Virus record (IMG/VR): IMGVR_UViG_3300016667_000411
Coordinates: 1 to 57,195 of that record
Reading direction: 5' to 3' (one strand)
Origin: a virus
Taxonomy: Duplodnaviria; Caudoviricetes
Length of the DNA: 57,195 nt
Translations under genes and position numbers: made by a program
Notes under the pieces: model-generated
What the model was told of the DNA's origin: nothing
What the model saw: the letters and a program-made list of their open reading frames with translations, nothing else
Database searches by the model: none
In this document: positions 18,801 through 26,574 of the stretch, piece after piece
Position numbering within the stretch: the stretch's first letter is position 1
Layout: the number at the start of each line of letters is the position of its first letter

Positions 18801-19379
18801 GAGCTCATAGCCCCGGTTCCAGCCCAACCAGCTACCCAGGAACAGGTCCAGGAACCCCAGGATGAACCCCAGGGCTTCCAGAGTGGTGGGAGAGTAGGTT
18901 TGGCAAGGGCAGCATCCGAAAAGCTCCTACGGGTCCTCCATGGGTCACCTACCAAGGTCACCCCTGACGCGCAGCGCGTGATGGACGTCACGACAGATCC
19001 GGGCTACGCGATCAAGCGCGGCCAGGACAAGATGCTGGGCCAATCTGGACCCCCGATGGTCAACAAGTTCGACATCCCAGAGGGCCGCCTCCTGAAGTTC
19101 GAGGAACAGTACAGCCCAGAAGACATCGCCCTGATGCGGCGGTTTTTCAACAAGCTGCCAGAAGGTCAAGCCCTGAAAGGCGAAGACATCTGGGACCTGG
19201 CCCACGGAAAAGACGTGGTCATGGAGGGTGTAGCCAAGGCAGGCGGCTTTGCTGGCTACCAGAGGCCCAACACGGGAGCCTACGGCAAGGGCGACTGGTA
19301 CCGGATCGTAGAGCCAGAACAGCTCAAGCGCGGCAAAAAGAAGGGCGGACTGGCCCAGGCCTTCCCAAAATCCCTATAG
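15873..19379 (+). CDS. Large polyvalent-type virion protein with C-terminal ART-like module
   Basis: 1168 aa; 'DEIQSDWHQ', 'PDAPFK' and 'GMKSFYD' motifs; C-terminal 'VLHGS...TTDPGYA...PEQLK'. Confidence 0.6.
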   Translation: MMSELNKLKQKYEDGGKAEKIKGLTKSLKGEASIGPIPRSKAAEFMGDTVAGAIRSARGALSGEVPLVGGTVGEWIFGQAPEALEDWSYGFGPVRLGRTDVAGPAGALYGMKVDDRLLDVAGAAELPYLAGKMGAKGTVAASKRLMDAIKGRAEPELQTLQQKYAGGGRVGRFISAVDKAIDTLKQKKGTGEQILKQIEATPGVKQEELKYRGLTDIKNQPKVTQEEVKAKAAKKPAPIPKRTVLGENVGVPEDYKPKIPEVHQRLLDEYGIEPVVNPDDRTMMGFHHIDTGEIADADLIKQMPPDEMGFPVRPDGTMDPQAAEDYRNLKRAVDLAERQFQVDLAKYQPKFQRYSQPGGENYREVLVTMPEPSETGQFRSSHYDTPDILTHFRVSDRVGPNGEKVLYVDEIQSDWHQKARDVRKNYIKEQLSLAENDIHKKAVEEAAQKLGSTEITDKSLKELERIKSRMRREMKAELEKTTPKEIGYATAEDAAKIKELDAKIARLNNEGPTMEELADYFQPGKIVKGYGGTDKVLSFNPRDGDWSVTVIEVDPRTGEPARNARPRTHSTSPGMEMRQQLLNEKRQYSDKVPDAPFKDTWHELAVKEIMDIAANEGYAKVAFSPGIEQIKRYTNEMRKAIDEIKFVPTPDGGVTISGLKDGSSVFSGNTLDGVFTSGPAQGKTISEVLGSNIAKQIDEQLPSISSGSRVTTEEDIAALANKIMDSDDDYEFLDLAQEYTDTMAIENLRNRGITSRAANFDDLMVEEGDRIQSFAVEKAARELAERRLAMSGGEGLPSPGSIKGEDLAVGGEGMKSFYDKRLPDFIRKYAGKEFGAPSDYMDITMASPKTKKPTEREIREFMHQIGDADDEELMIRTQDLNTRMAREALEEMGIREADDPTHFDDQLWNVMDEFQDRAREQAAREIALERLNYAEPGAKMRAFTVDVTPKMRERITTEGQKLFAVPPAIGAVPAAQELIAPVPAQPATQEQVQEPQDEPQGFQSGGRVGLARAASEKLLRVLHGSPTKVTPDAQRVMDVTTDPGYAIKRGQDKMLGQSGPPMVNKFDIPEGRLLKFEEQYSPEDIALMRRFFNKLPEGQALKGEDIWDLAHGKDVVMEGVAKAGGFAGYQRPNTGAYGKGDWYRIVEPEQLKRGKKKGGLAQAFPKSL

Positions 19380-19538
19380 GGTATTTCTAGGACCAAAACT
19401 AAGAGGATCAGTACAACCTGTTTTCGGTGCGCGCCATCTCCTGCTTTAGGAACGAGCGAACGATACTCTCTAGAGTTCTTTCTTGTACCAATACACTCTG
19501 TTTTCGTCCTAGAATTCATCTATAGGGGTTTTGGCTCG
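19365..19538. repeat. Palindromic non-coding element, copy A
   Basis: Arms 19365-19398 and 19501-19534 are reverse complements at 28/34 positions; the core matches 40514-40603. Confidence 0.9.
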
Positions 19539-19560
19539 CCTGGCCCTGGAGGCTGGTAAC

Positions 19561-19620
19561 TGTCCCAGCCCAAAAATTTTTGCAAAAAGCCGCGCGGTGC
19601 GCGGTTTTGCGCCCTATAAT
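19561..19620 (+). promoter_or_regulatory. Putative early promoter
   Basis: TATAAT at 19615-19620 upstream of an AGAAAGGAG RBS; the upstream ~55 nt resembles 34348-34407. Confidence 0.65.
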
Positions 19621-19665
19621 CGCATCAAGCACAGCGTGTTGCGGTGCTACCAGAAAGGAGAAAGT

Positions 19666-20652
19666 ATGTCGCACGAAGTCGAGACTATGGCGTATGCCAA
19701 TGAAGTTCCCTGGCACGGTCTGGGTGTTCCTGTTTCCTCTGACCTCACACCGGCCCAGATGCTGGATGCTGCAGGTCTCAACTGGCGCGTCGAGCGCAAA
19801 GGCCTTTGGGTCGATGGTGTTGACCACCTGCTGAACAGCCACTACGCGCTGGTTCGCGATACCGACCAGAAGATCCTTGGCGTCTGCGGTGGCGAGTATC
19901 AGCCCACTCAGAATGCCGACGTGTTCGAGTTCTTTGACCGGTTTTGCAAGGCCGGCGACATGAAGATGGAGACTGCCGGATCCCTGTCTGGCGGCAAGCG
20001 CGTCTGGGGCCTGGCCAAGATCAACGGCGGCTTCATGCTGGGCGGCAAGGACGAAGTCGAGGGCTACATCCTCCTCGACAACCCCCACATCTGGGGCCGC
20101 AGCCTGCAGATCCTGTTCACCCCGATCCGCGTGGTTTGCAACAACACCCTGACCGCAGCGCTCCGCAACAACACGAACCAAGAGAACACGTTCAGGATGT
20201 CGCACGACCGCGCGTTCGACGACCAGATCAAGCAGCAAGCTGCTGAGAAGGTTGGTTTGGCCATGAAAGCCCTGGACGTGTTCAAGGACAAGGCCGAGTT
20301 CCTGGCCGGCAAGCGCGCCAAGGACCAGAAGGTGCTGGAGTTCTTCAGCAACCTGGTGAACCCTGACCTCTACCAGACCGCTCAAGAGATGAGCGAGGAC
20401 GGTACCGTGAACCGTGCTGACCTTGGCCGCACAGTCAACAGGCTGTTCGACATCGTCAACACCCAGCCCGGTGCTGACCTCAAGACTTCTGCCGGTACCT
20501 GGTGGGGCGCCTTCAACGCCGTGACGTACTACTACGACCACGTCGCTGGAACGGATCAAGACAAGCGCCTGACAAGCGCGTGGTTTGGTTCGGCAGCTAC
20601 CCGCAAGCGCCAAGCTCTCGACCTTGCTGTCGAGTTCGCAGAAGCAGCCTGA
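19666..20652 (+). CDS. DUF932 / TIGR03299-like phage-plasmid protein (328 aa)
   Basis: 'PWHGLG', 'ETAGSL', 'TPIRVVCNNT' and 'GTWWGAFNAVT'; strong RBS before ATG 19666. Confidence 0.88.
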   Translation: MSHEVETMAYANEVPWHGLGVPVSSDLTPAQMLDAAGLNWRVERKGLWVDGVDHLLNSHYALVRDTDQKILGVCGGEYQPTQNADVFEFFDRFCKAGDMKMETAGSLSGGKRVWGLAKINGGFMLGGKDEVEGYILLDNPHIWGRSLQILFTPIRVVCNNTLTAALRNNTNQENTFRMSHDRAFDDQIKQQAAEKVGLAMKALDVFKDKAEFLAGKRAKDQKVLEFFSNLVNPDLYQTAQEMSEDGTVNRADLGRTVNRLFDIVNTQPGADLKTSAGTWWGAFNAVTYYYDHVAGTDQDKRLTSAWFGSAATRKRQALDLAVEFAEAA

Positions 20653-20657
20653 TCCAC

Positions 20658-20684
20658 GGGCCCCCGAAGAGGGGGTCCCCTTTA
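20658..20684 (+). terminator. GC-rich hairpin, possible weak terminator
   Basis: GGGCCCCC-GAAGA-GGGGGTCC followed by a short T run just after the stop codon. Confidence 0.45.
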
Positions 20685-20715
20685 TCTTCCATCTTCCATT
20701 CACAGGAGAAAACAA

Positions 20716-21576
20716 ATGGCAAACGCCAGAGGCAAGCACATCGACAACACGCACCTCAGCATCGACCAGGCTGAAGAACGCGGCTTCATCCATCGCGACT
20801 ACATCGCCCACTGTCTGCGCTGGACCCACGTGGCCAAGTGGATGGGCAAGCCAGAAAACCGACGCGACTGCAAGCTGCTCGACATCGGCTGCGGCAAGGA
20901 CGTACCACTGGCCAAGATGCTGATGACAAGCCGCTTGGCTTCTGACGGCCTTGAGTACATCGGCATTGACTACAACAAGCTCGAGATGCCCAAGGCCTTC
21001 GAGAACACCAAGTTCAAGCCCACCCTGATTGGCAACGTGGCCTTCCCAGACTGCCAGCTGCCCCATGAGAAGTTCGACGTCATCACATGCTTCGAGGTGC
21101 TGGAGCACGTCGAGCCTCTGCACGCCTACAAGATGATCGAGGGGATCCGTGACCGCCTGTCCGCTGACGGCATGGCCTTCATCAGCACCCCTGTCTACGA
21201 CCCCAAGGTGGGAGCAGCTGACAACCACGTCAATGAGATGACCTACGAGGTCATGCAGGTCTTGCTGCACAAGGCAGGACTGCAAGTTGATGCTCACTTT
21301 GGCACGTTCGCCAGCATCAAAGACTACAAGGAGATGATTGAAAAAGATGACTTGGATGCAATCTTCAGCCGCCTGCGTGATTACTACGACAGCAATTACC
21401 TGGCAACTATCTTTGCCCCGCTCTATCCCCACCGCGCTCGCAACGTGCTGTGGCGAGTCAAGCTGCCCAATACAGCGGAGATGTTCGAAGCTCCGAAGCT
21501 TGCTGGACTTACTCAACCACTCTCCAGCAGCGACCAATGGCAACCCCTCTTTGATTACCTTGGAGAAGGAGCGTGA
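20716..21576 (+). CDS. Class I SAM-dependent methyltransferase
   Basis: 'LLDIGCG', 'GIDY', 'FDVITCFEVLEHV' and 'ISTP'. Confidence 0.88.
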   Translation: MANARGKHIDNTHLSIDQAEERGFIHRDYIAHCLRWTHVAKWMGKPENRRDCKLLDIGCGKDVPLAKMLMTSRLASDGLEYIGIDYNKLEMPKAFENTKFKPTLIGNVAFPDCQLPHEKFDVITCFEVLEHVEPLHAYKMIEGIRDRLSADGMAFISTPVYDPKVGAADNHVNEMTYEVMQVLLHKAGLQVDAHFGTFASIKDYKEMIEKDDLDAIFSRLRDYYDSNYLATIFAPLYPHRARNVLWRVKLPNTAEMFEAPKLAGLTQPLSSSDQWQPLFDYLGEGA

Positions 21577-22145
21577 ACGTGAGCCAGCTTAACAACAGCA
21601 TCCAGTTCAACATGCCTCAGCAGGGCGACCTTCCCACAGAAGTGCTTCGCCTTGACAAGGACGGTTTTCACCTGAATGGTGAGCTCATTGAGGACGGCGG
21701 CAGGGCCTACGTGCTCTTCATGGAGTGGCTCGATTGGGCTCACTCCGAAGTCAAGCCAGACCTCTTTGGCATGGTGGCTGCCTTCCATCAGAAGTACGGG
21801 CTGCAGCCGACAAATGGTCCTGACTTTCCTGTCGAGGACATCTGGAAGCTCAAGAACCTCCACATGCAAGAAGAGCTGGACGAGATCAGAGCCAGTGCGA
21901 TCAACGGAAACCTTGAGGAGTACTTTGACGGCCTGATTGACCTGATCTACGTCGCCCTCGGGGCTGCTTACCTGGCAGGCCTACCGTTCAACGAGGGATT
22001 CAGGCGGGTCCACGAAGCCAACATGAAAAAGATCAGGGCAGAGAGGCCAGAAGATAGCAAACGCGGATCCGCCTATGATATAGTGAAACCTGAGGGATGG
22101 CAGCCACCGACGCTGACCGACCTCATCAGAAAGGAGAAAGCATGA
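21573..22145 (+). CDS. MazG-like / PRA-PH nucleotide pyrophosphohydrolase
   Basis: 'EELDE...DGLIDLIYV...VHEANMKK...IVKPEGW' all-alpha NTP-PPase pattern. Confidence 0.85.
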   Translation: MNVSQLNNSIQFNMPQQGDLPTEVLRLDKDGFHLNGELIEDGGRAYVLFMEWLDWAHSEVKPDLFGMVAAFHQKYGLQPTNGPDFPVEDIWKLKNLHMQEELDEIRASAINGNLEEYFDGLIDLIYVALGAAYLAGLPFNEGFRRVHEANMKKIRAERPEDSKRGSAYDIVKPEGWQPPTLTDLIRKEKA

Positions 22146-23152
22146 AAGGTTTAGTCGTCATTGACGGCTGCGATGGGACTGGCAAGACAACGCTTGCCCA
22201 AGCTCTTTGCAAGCGCTTCAATGGTGTCTACATGCACAACACCTACCGCTGGCCGAAGAAGATGCCGCTGTATCACACAGCAGCCCTTCATCGTGCACTG
22301 AAGCTGTCGCGTGAAAGGCTTGTCGTCATCGATCGCTTGTGGATGAGCGAAGCCATCTATGCCGACGTGTATCGTGGTGGCAGTCCATGGCCTCACATGG
22401 GTCGCATCATGGACCGCATCGTGCGTCGCTTCTGTGGCCTGTACATCATCACCCAATCTCCCAAGGGTCATCGCGAGCGCTTTGAGGAACTGAAGTCAGA
22501 GCGCAAGGAGATGTACGACGACGTCGACCAGGTGCGCATCCGCTTTGACATGCTGTTCGAAGGTGGCTTTGACGTTCACGATCGCGACTATGCACAGCAG
22601 CTGTCTGTCCATGGCATGCGCCATCGCAACGACGTGCTCCCCTATCGCTACGACGTTGAAGGTCAAGACCTAGACATCTACTGCGACATGGTGGCCTCTG
22701 TCATCGAGAATCGCCAGATGCGTCAGCTGCCAGAAGCCTTGCGCCTCGAGCACGAGAACTTTGCTGGCTACCTTGGCGAAGCGAAGATCATCTTCGTTGG
22801 CGATCAAACCAACAGCAAGCTTCGCGCGATCAACTGGCCGTGGTACGACTTCGGCAACAGCAGCGAGTTCTTCGCAAGCCACTTGCATGACATGCTGTTC
22901 GATGAGCAGCAGGCCATCTACATCAACGCCAACAGCCCCAACGGCGGCTTGCACATCAATGATTGCTTGCGCATGCAGCCATTCTTGAAGGTCATCGCGC
23001 TTGGTGAAGCAGCTAGCAAGACCCTGAGCTACTACTGCCTCGTCAAGCATCAGACCATCATGCATCCGTCGTACGCCAAGCGATTCAACAAGGCCAGCGA
23101 ATTCAAACAACAACTTCAAGGAGCCGTCAATGCAGTCCTCCAACAGCACTAA
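22142..23152 (+). CDS. dNMP kinase-like P-loop protein fused to a UDG-superfamily-like domain (336 aa)
   Basis: 'DGCDGTGKTT' and 'IDR..SE..Y' kinase motifs; C-terminal 'IIFVGD', 'VIALGEAA' and 'HPSY'. Confidence 0.75.
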   Translation: MKGLVVIDGCDGTGKTTLAQALCKRFNGVYMHNTYRWPKKMPLYHTAALHRALKLSRERLVVIDRLWMSEAIYADVYRGGSPWPHMGRIMDRIVRRFCGLYIITQSPKGHRERFEELKSERKEMYDDVDQVRIRFDMLFEGGFDVHDRDYAQQLSVHGMRHRNDVLPYRYDVEGQDLDIYCDMVASVIENRQMRQLPEALRLEHENFAGYLGEAKIIFVGDQTNSKLRAINWPWYDFGNSSEFFASHLHDMLFDEQQAIYINANSPNGGLHINDCLRMQPFLKVIALGEAASKTLSYYCLVKHQTIMHPSYAKRFNKASEFKQQLQGAVNAVLQQH

Positions 23153-23927
23153 TGTGGCGTGGCAATCGCTGCTTCACATGGTCATGAAGCACGGCCATGA
23201 GACCAGTCCACGAGGCCAGCGGACCAAGGAGCTGCTTGGCATCAAGTCCACAGTGGACATGCGAAACCCCGTCATCACCATCAAGGAGCGCAAGCTTGGC
23301 TACAAATTCATGGCTGCTGAAGCCGCTTGGATCATGTCTGGCGACAACCGTGTCAAGACGATCGCGCCGTACAGCAAGGCCATCAGCAACTTCTCTGATG
23401 ACGGCATCTTGTTCTTTGGCGCCTACGGACCACGCATTCGGGATCAGCTGGGCCATGTGGTCAAGAGCTTACGCGACGACAACGATTCGCGTCAAGCCGT
23501 CATCACCATCTGGCGCAGCAACCCCCGTCCATCAAAAGACATCCCTTGCACCATCAGCTGCCAGTTCATGATTCGCGGCGGCAAGCTGCATTGCTTCATG
23601 AACATGCGGTCGAGCGACGTGTGGCTTGGAGTTCCGTACGACTGGTTCAACTTCAGCATGTTGAGCCTTGGCGTCTGCTTGCTGCTCCGTGATGTTGGCG
23701 TCAACGTCACGCCAGGTCTGCTTCACTTCTACGCTGCCAGCCAACACATCTATGAGCCCAACTTCGAGGGCGCAGAGCAGTGTCAGGACGGCGAGATTCT
23801 TGGTTCAACCAGGCTCTTCAACATCGAGGAATTCATCGACTACGACCATCTGGTCACAAGTCTTTGGGCCATTGCCGATGGTCAACTACCTTTGATCTTG
23901 GAGAACCGCAATGTCAAGGATGACTAA
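23130..23927 (+). CDS. Thymidylate synthase homologue, probably dCMP-directed (hydroxy)methylase
   Basis: 'GAYGPR', 'SRQA', 'DIPCT', 'MRSSDVWLGVPYD' and 'SQHIYE'; Asp at the ThyA Asn177-equivalent position. Confidence 0.85.
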   Translation: MQSSNSTNVAWQSLLHMVMKHGHETSPRGQRTKELLGIKSTVDMRNPVITIKERKLGYKFMAAEAAWIMSGDNRVKTIAPYSKAISNFSDDGILFFGAYGPRIRDQLGHVVKSLRDDNDSRQAVITIWRSNPRPSKDIPCTISCQFMIRGGKLHCFMNMRSSDVWLGVPYDWFNFSMLSLGVCLLLRDVGVNVTPGLLHFYAASQHIYEPNFEGAEQCQDGEILGSTRLFNIEEFIDYDHLVTSLWAIADGQLPLILENRNVKDD

Positions 23928-24345
23928 AGATGAGTACTTTTCGAACATGGCTCAACTCGTCAGTCGGCGAGCTACGTGCGCGCGGAGGTCTGTTGGCTGC
24001 GTACTTGTATCTGGTCGTGGGCATGTGCTCGCTACTGGCTATAACGGCCCTCCTAGTGGCAGTGATCATTGCATCGATTCTCCTTGCCCCGGCGCATCTT
24101 ATCCGTCGGGCGCTGGACTGGAACGATGCGAGGCGATCCATGCGGAACAGAACGCTCTACTCCAATGTCGAGACATCTTCCAAATCGAAACGGCGTATGT
24201 GACCACGTTGCCTTGCATGACATGCATGAAGCTGCTGCTGAACACCAGCTGCAAGCGAATCGTGTACCTGCAAGACTATCCCCATCAAGAAGCAAAAGAA
24301 CTTTGGACACGCAATGGACGCGAACTCATACAGGCCGCCATCTAA
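23911..24345 (+). CDS. dCMP deaminase
   Basis: 'TCARRSVG', 'TGYNG', 'HAEQNA' and 'PCMTC'. Confidence 0.92.
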   Translation: MSRMTKDEYFSNMAQLVSRRATCARRSVGCVLVSGRGHVLATGYNGPPSGSDHCIDSPCPGASYPSGAGLERCEAIHAEQNALLQCRDIFQIETAYVTTLPCMTCMKLLLNTSCKRIVYLQDYPHQEAKELWTRNGRELIQAAI

Positions 24346-26176
24346 CTTTCCCGACCTCAGCAAGGCTGGTCGCATCGCAATCGACTGCGAGACGCGTGAC
24401 CCCAACCTGATGACCAAGGGTCCTGGTGGCGTGCGCCGTGACGGGTACATTGTGGGCTTCTCTGTTGCGACAGACGACGGCTTTGCAGAGTATTTCCCCG
24501 TGCGTCACGAGGCTGGTGGCAACCTGAATCCTGAGAACGCCTTCGCTTGGTTGAAGGACCAGATGAAGACAGACGTGCCGAAGGTTGGGGCCAACATCCC
24601 ATACGACTTGGAATGGCTGCTGACAGAGGGCGTCAAGGTCAATGGGCCCAAGTACGACGTGCAGGTTGCCGAGCCGCTGCTCGATGAGGACCGCATCACC
24701 TACAAGCTTGATGCCTTGGCTGAGTCATACCTCGGTGAGCACAAGGACGAGTCTCGCATGATCGAGGCAGGGGTACGTCGTGGCATCAAGCCAGCGGAGA
24801 TTAAGGGAAACCTCTGGCGGCTGCATGCCGGTGAGGTGGCCGACTATGGCCACAAGGACGCCGACCTGCCGATCCGTATCTTCGCCCAGCAGGAAGTCTT
24901 GCTACACGACGAGAAGCTCTGGGACCTGTTCATGCTGGAGACCCAGATCATTGACGTGCTGGTCGCGATGCGCCAGAAGGGAGTTCGCGTCGATGTCGAC
25001 CTCGCCAAGCGCGTCAAGGCTCAGTTACTTGACGAGCAAGAGCAGCTGATGGACAAGCTGAAGAAGGTTGCAGAGCGGTCCATAGACATCTGGTCTGGTG
25101 ACGATATACAGGCAGCCTGTGATGCTCTGAAGCTGGATTACCCAAAGACTGAAAAGGGGAATGCGAGCTTTGCTGCTGAGTTTCTTGAAAGTGCTGATCA
25201 TGAATTTTTCTCCTTGATTTCGAAGGCCCGCAAGCTTGACAGGGCCGGTGGAGTATTTATCGACAGCAAGATCATTCAGATGGAAAGCAACGGCCGCATC
25301 TATCCTGAGTGGCGTCAGGTGCGGAACGACAAGGGTGGTACCAAGTCAGGTCGCTTTGCGTCTGCGAACCCGAACATGCAGCAGGTCCCAGCTAGGGATC
25401 CGGTGCTGGCTCCGCTGATTCGCTCGATCTTCATCCCTGAAGATGGCCACCAGTGGGGCGTGTTCGACTACTCTCAGCAGGAGCCTCGTGTCACCGTGCA
25501 TTACGCCTACCTGCGGGGCTTTGCAGGAGCTGAGGCAGCCCGCAAGCGCTACATTGAGAATCCAGACACGGACTATCACCAGCTCGTCGCAGACATGGCT
25601 GGCATCAAGCGCAAGGAAGCGAAGTCGCTGAACCTGGGCTTGGCATACGGCATGGGGAAGGCTAGGGCTGCTAGCCAACTGGGTCTGCCACCAAAGGAAG
25701 CCGAGAACGTCTACAACCAGTATCACGCCAACGTGCCGTTCATCAAGGCGCTTGGCGAGGAGTGCACGCGCATCGCTACCAACCGCGGCTACGTCAAGAC
25801 GCTGCTGGGACGGCGCCGGAGGTTCCAGCTGTTTGGGCCACCAAAGTACAGCCCTGGCCTGATCCCACTCAGGAAGGACTTGGCTGAAGAGAAGTACGGG
25901 CTGCCGCTCAAGCGGTACTTCGTCCACAAGGCCATGAATGCCGTGATTCAAGGATCGTCGGCAGACATGATCAAGCAGGCGATGGTGAACCTGTTCAAGA
26001 AGGGCGAGGTCCCGCATCTGACGATCCATGACGAATTGGACTTCAGCATCCGTGACCTTGATCATGCAAGGATGATTCGTGAAGAGATGCTCACATGCGT
26101 GGATTTAGAAGTGCCATTGAAAGTAGACTGCGAACTTGGTTCAAACTGGGGGAACGCAGTGGAGGTTCAGCTATGA
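24314..26176 (+). CDS. polA: Family A DNA polymerase (3'-5' exonuclease + polymerase)
   Basis: 'IDCET' exonuclease motif, 'SGRFASANPNMQQ', 'DYSQQEPR', 'KSLNLGLAYG', 'IQGSSAD' and 'IHDEL'. Confidence 0.96.
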   Translation: MDANSYRPPSNFPDLSKAGRIAIDCETRDPNLMTKGPGGVRRDGYIVGFSVATDDGFAEYFPVRHEAGGNLNPENAFAWLKDQMKTDVPKVGANIPYDLEWLLTEGVKVNGPKYDVQVAEPLLDEDRITYKLDALAESYLGEHKDESRMIEAGVRRGIKPAEIKGNLWRLHAGEVADYGHKDADLPIRIFAQQEVLLHDEKLWDLFMLETQIIDVLVAMRQKGVRVDVDLAKRVKAQLLDEQEQLMDKLKKVAERSIDIWSGDDIQAACDALKLDYPKTEKGNASFAAEFLESADHEFFSLISKARKLDRAGGVFIDSKIIQMESNGRIYPEWRQVRNDKGGTKSGRFASANPNMQQVPARDPVLAPLIRSIFIPEDGHQWGVFDYSQQEPRVTVHYAYLRGFAGAEAARKRYIENPDTDYHQLVADMAGIKRKEAKSLNLGLAYGMGKARAASQLGLPPKEAENVYNQYHANVPFIKALGEECTRIATNRGYVKTLLGRRRRFQLFGPPKYSPGLIPLRKDLAEEKYGLPLKRYFVHKAMNAVIQGSSADMIKQAMVNLFKKGEVPHLTIHDELDFSIRDLDHARMIREEMLTCVDLEVPLKVDCELGSNWGNAVEVQL

Positions 26177-26574
26177 AGGAAAGCCAGTTCTGGGCTCTCG
26201 TCAAAGGCAAGCTGCTGGGCGACGTTGAGCGCATGGAGAACGCTTTGACTAGGGGGACTCCTGACGTCAACGGTTGCTTTGAGGGCCATGAGTATTGGCT
26301 GGAGCTCAAGGTGCTGGATGACAAGGGCCGTTGTGAGTTGCGTCCTGAGCAGTACCTGTGGCATCGCAAGCGTCAGGAGCATGGTGGCCGCGTGTTTGTC
26401 CTGGCCCGCAACGACAATCTCCTGAAGCTGTATCAGGTGCAGAGGAACATGGAGATGCACGAGCTGTGGGCGTGCTCAAAGCCGTTCCAATGGGACAACA
26501 TGAATAGCCTGATTTTTTCCGTTCCTCCGTTTTGCACGGAGATGAAGGTCATCCACTGTGGAGAGATGCAATGA
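26173..26574 (+). CDS. PD-(D/E)XK nuclease (resolvase / VRR-NUC-like)
   Basis: 'GTPDV...WLELK...LRPEQYLW...GGRVFV'. Confidence 0.8.
   Translation: MKESQFWALVKGKLLGDVERMENALTRGTPDVNGCFEGHEYWLELKVLDDKGRCELRPEQYLWHRKRQEHGGRVFVLARNDNLLKLYQVQRNMEMHELWACSKPFQWDNMNSLIFSVPPFCTEMKVIHCGEMQ

Noticed and set aside
19516-21543. 675 aa minus-strand ORF
   Set aside because: Antisense shadow of two well-supported + strand genes, expected from GC-rich codon bias; no motifs.
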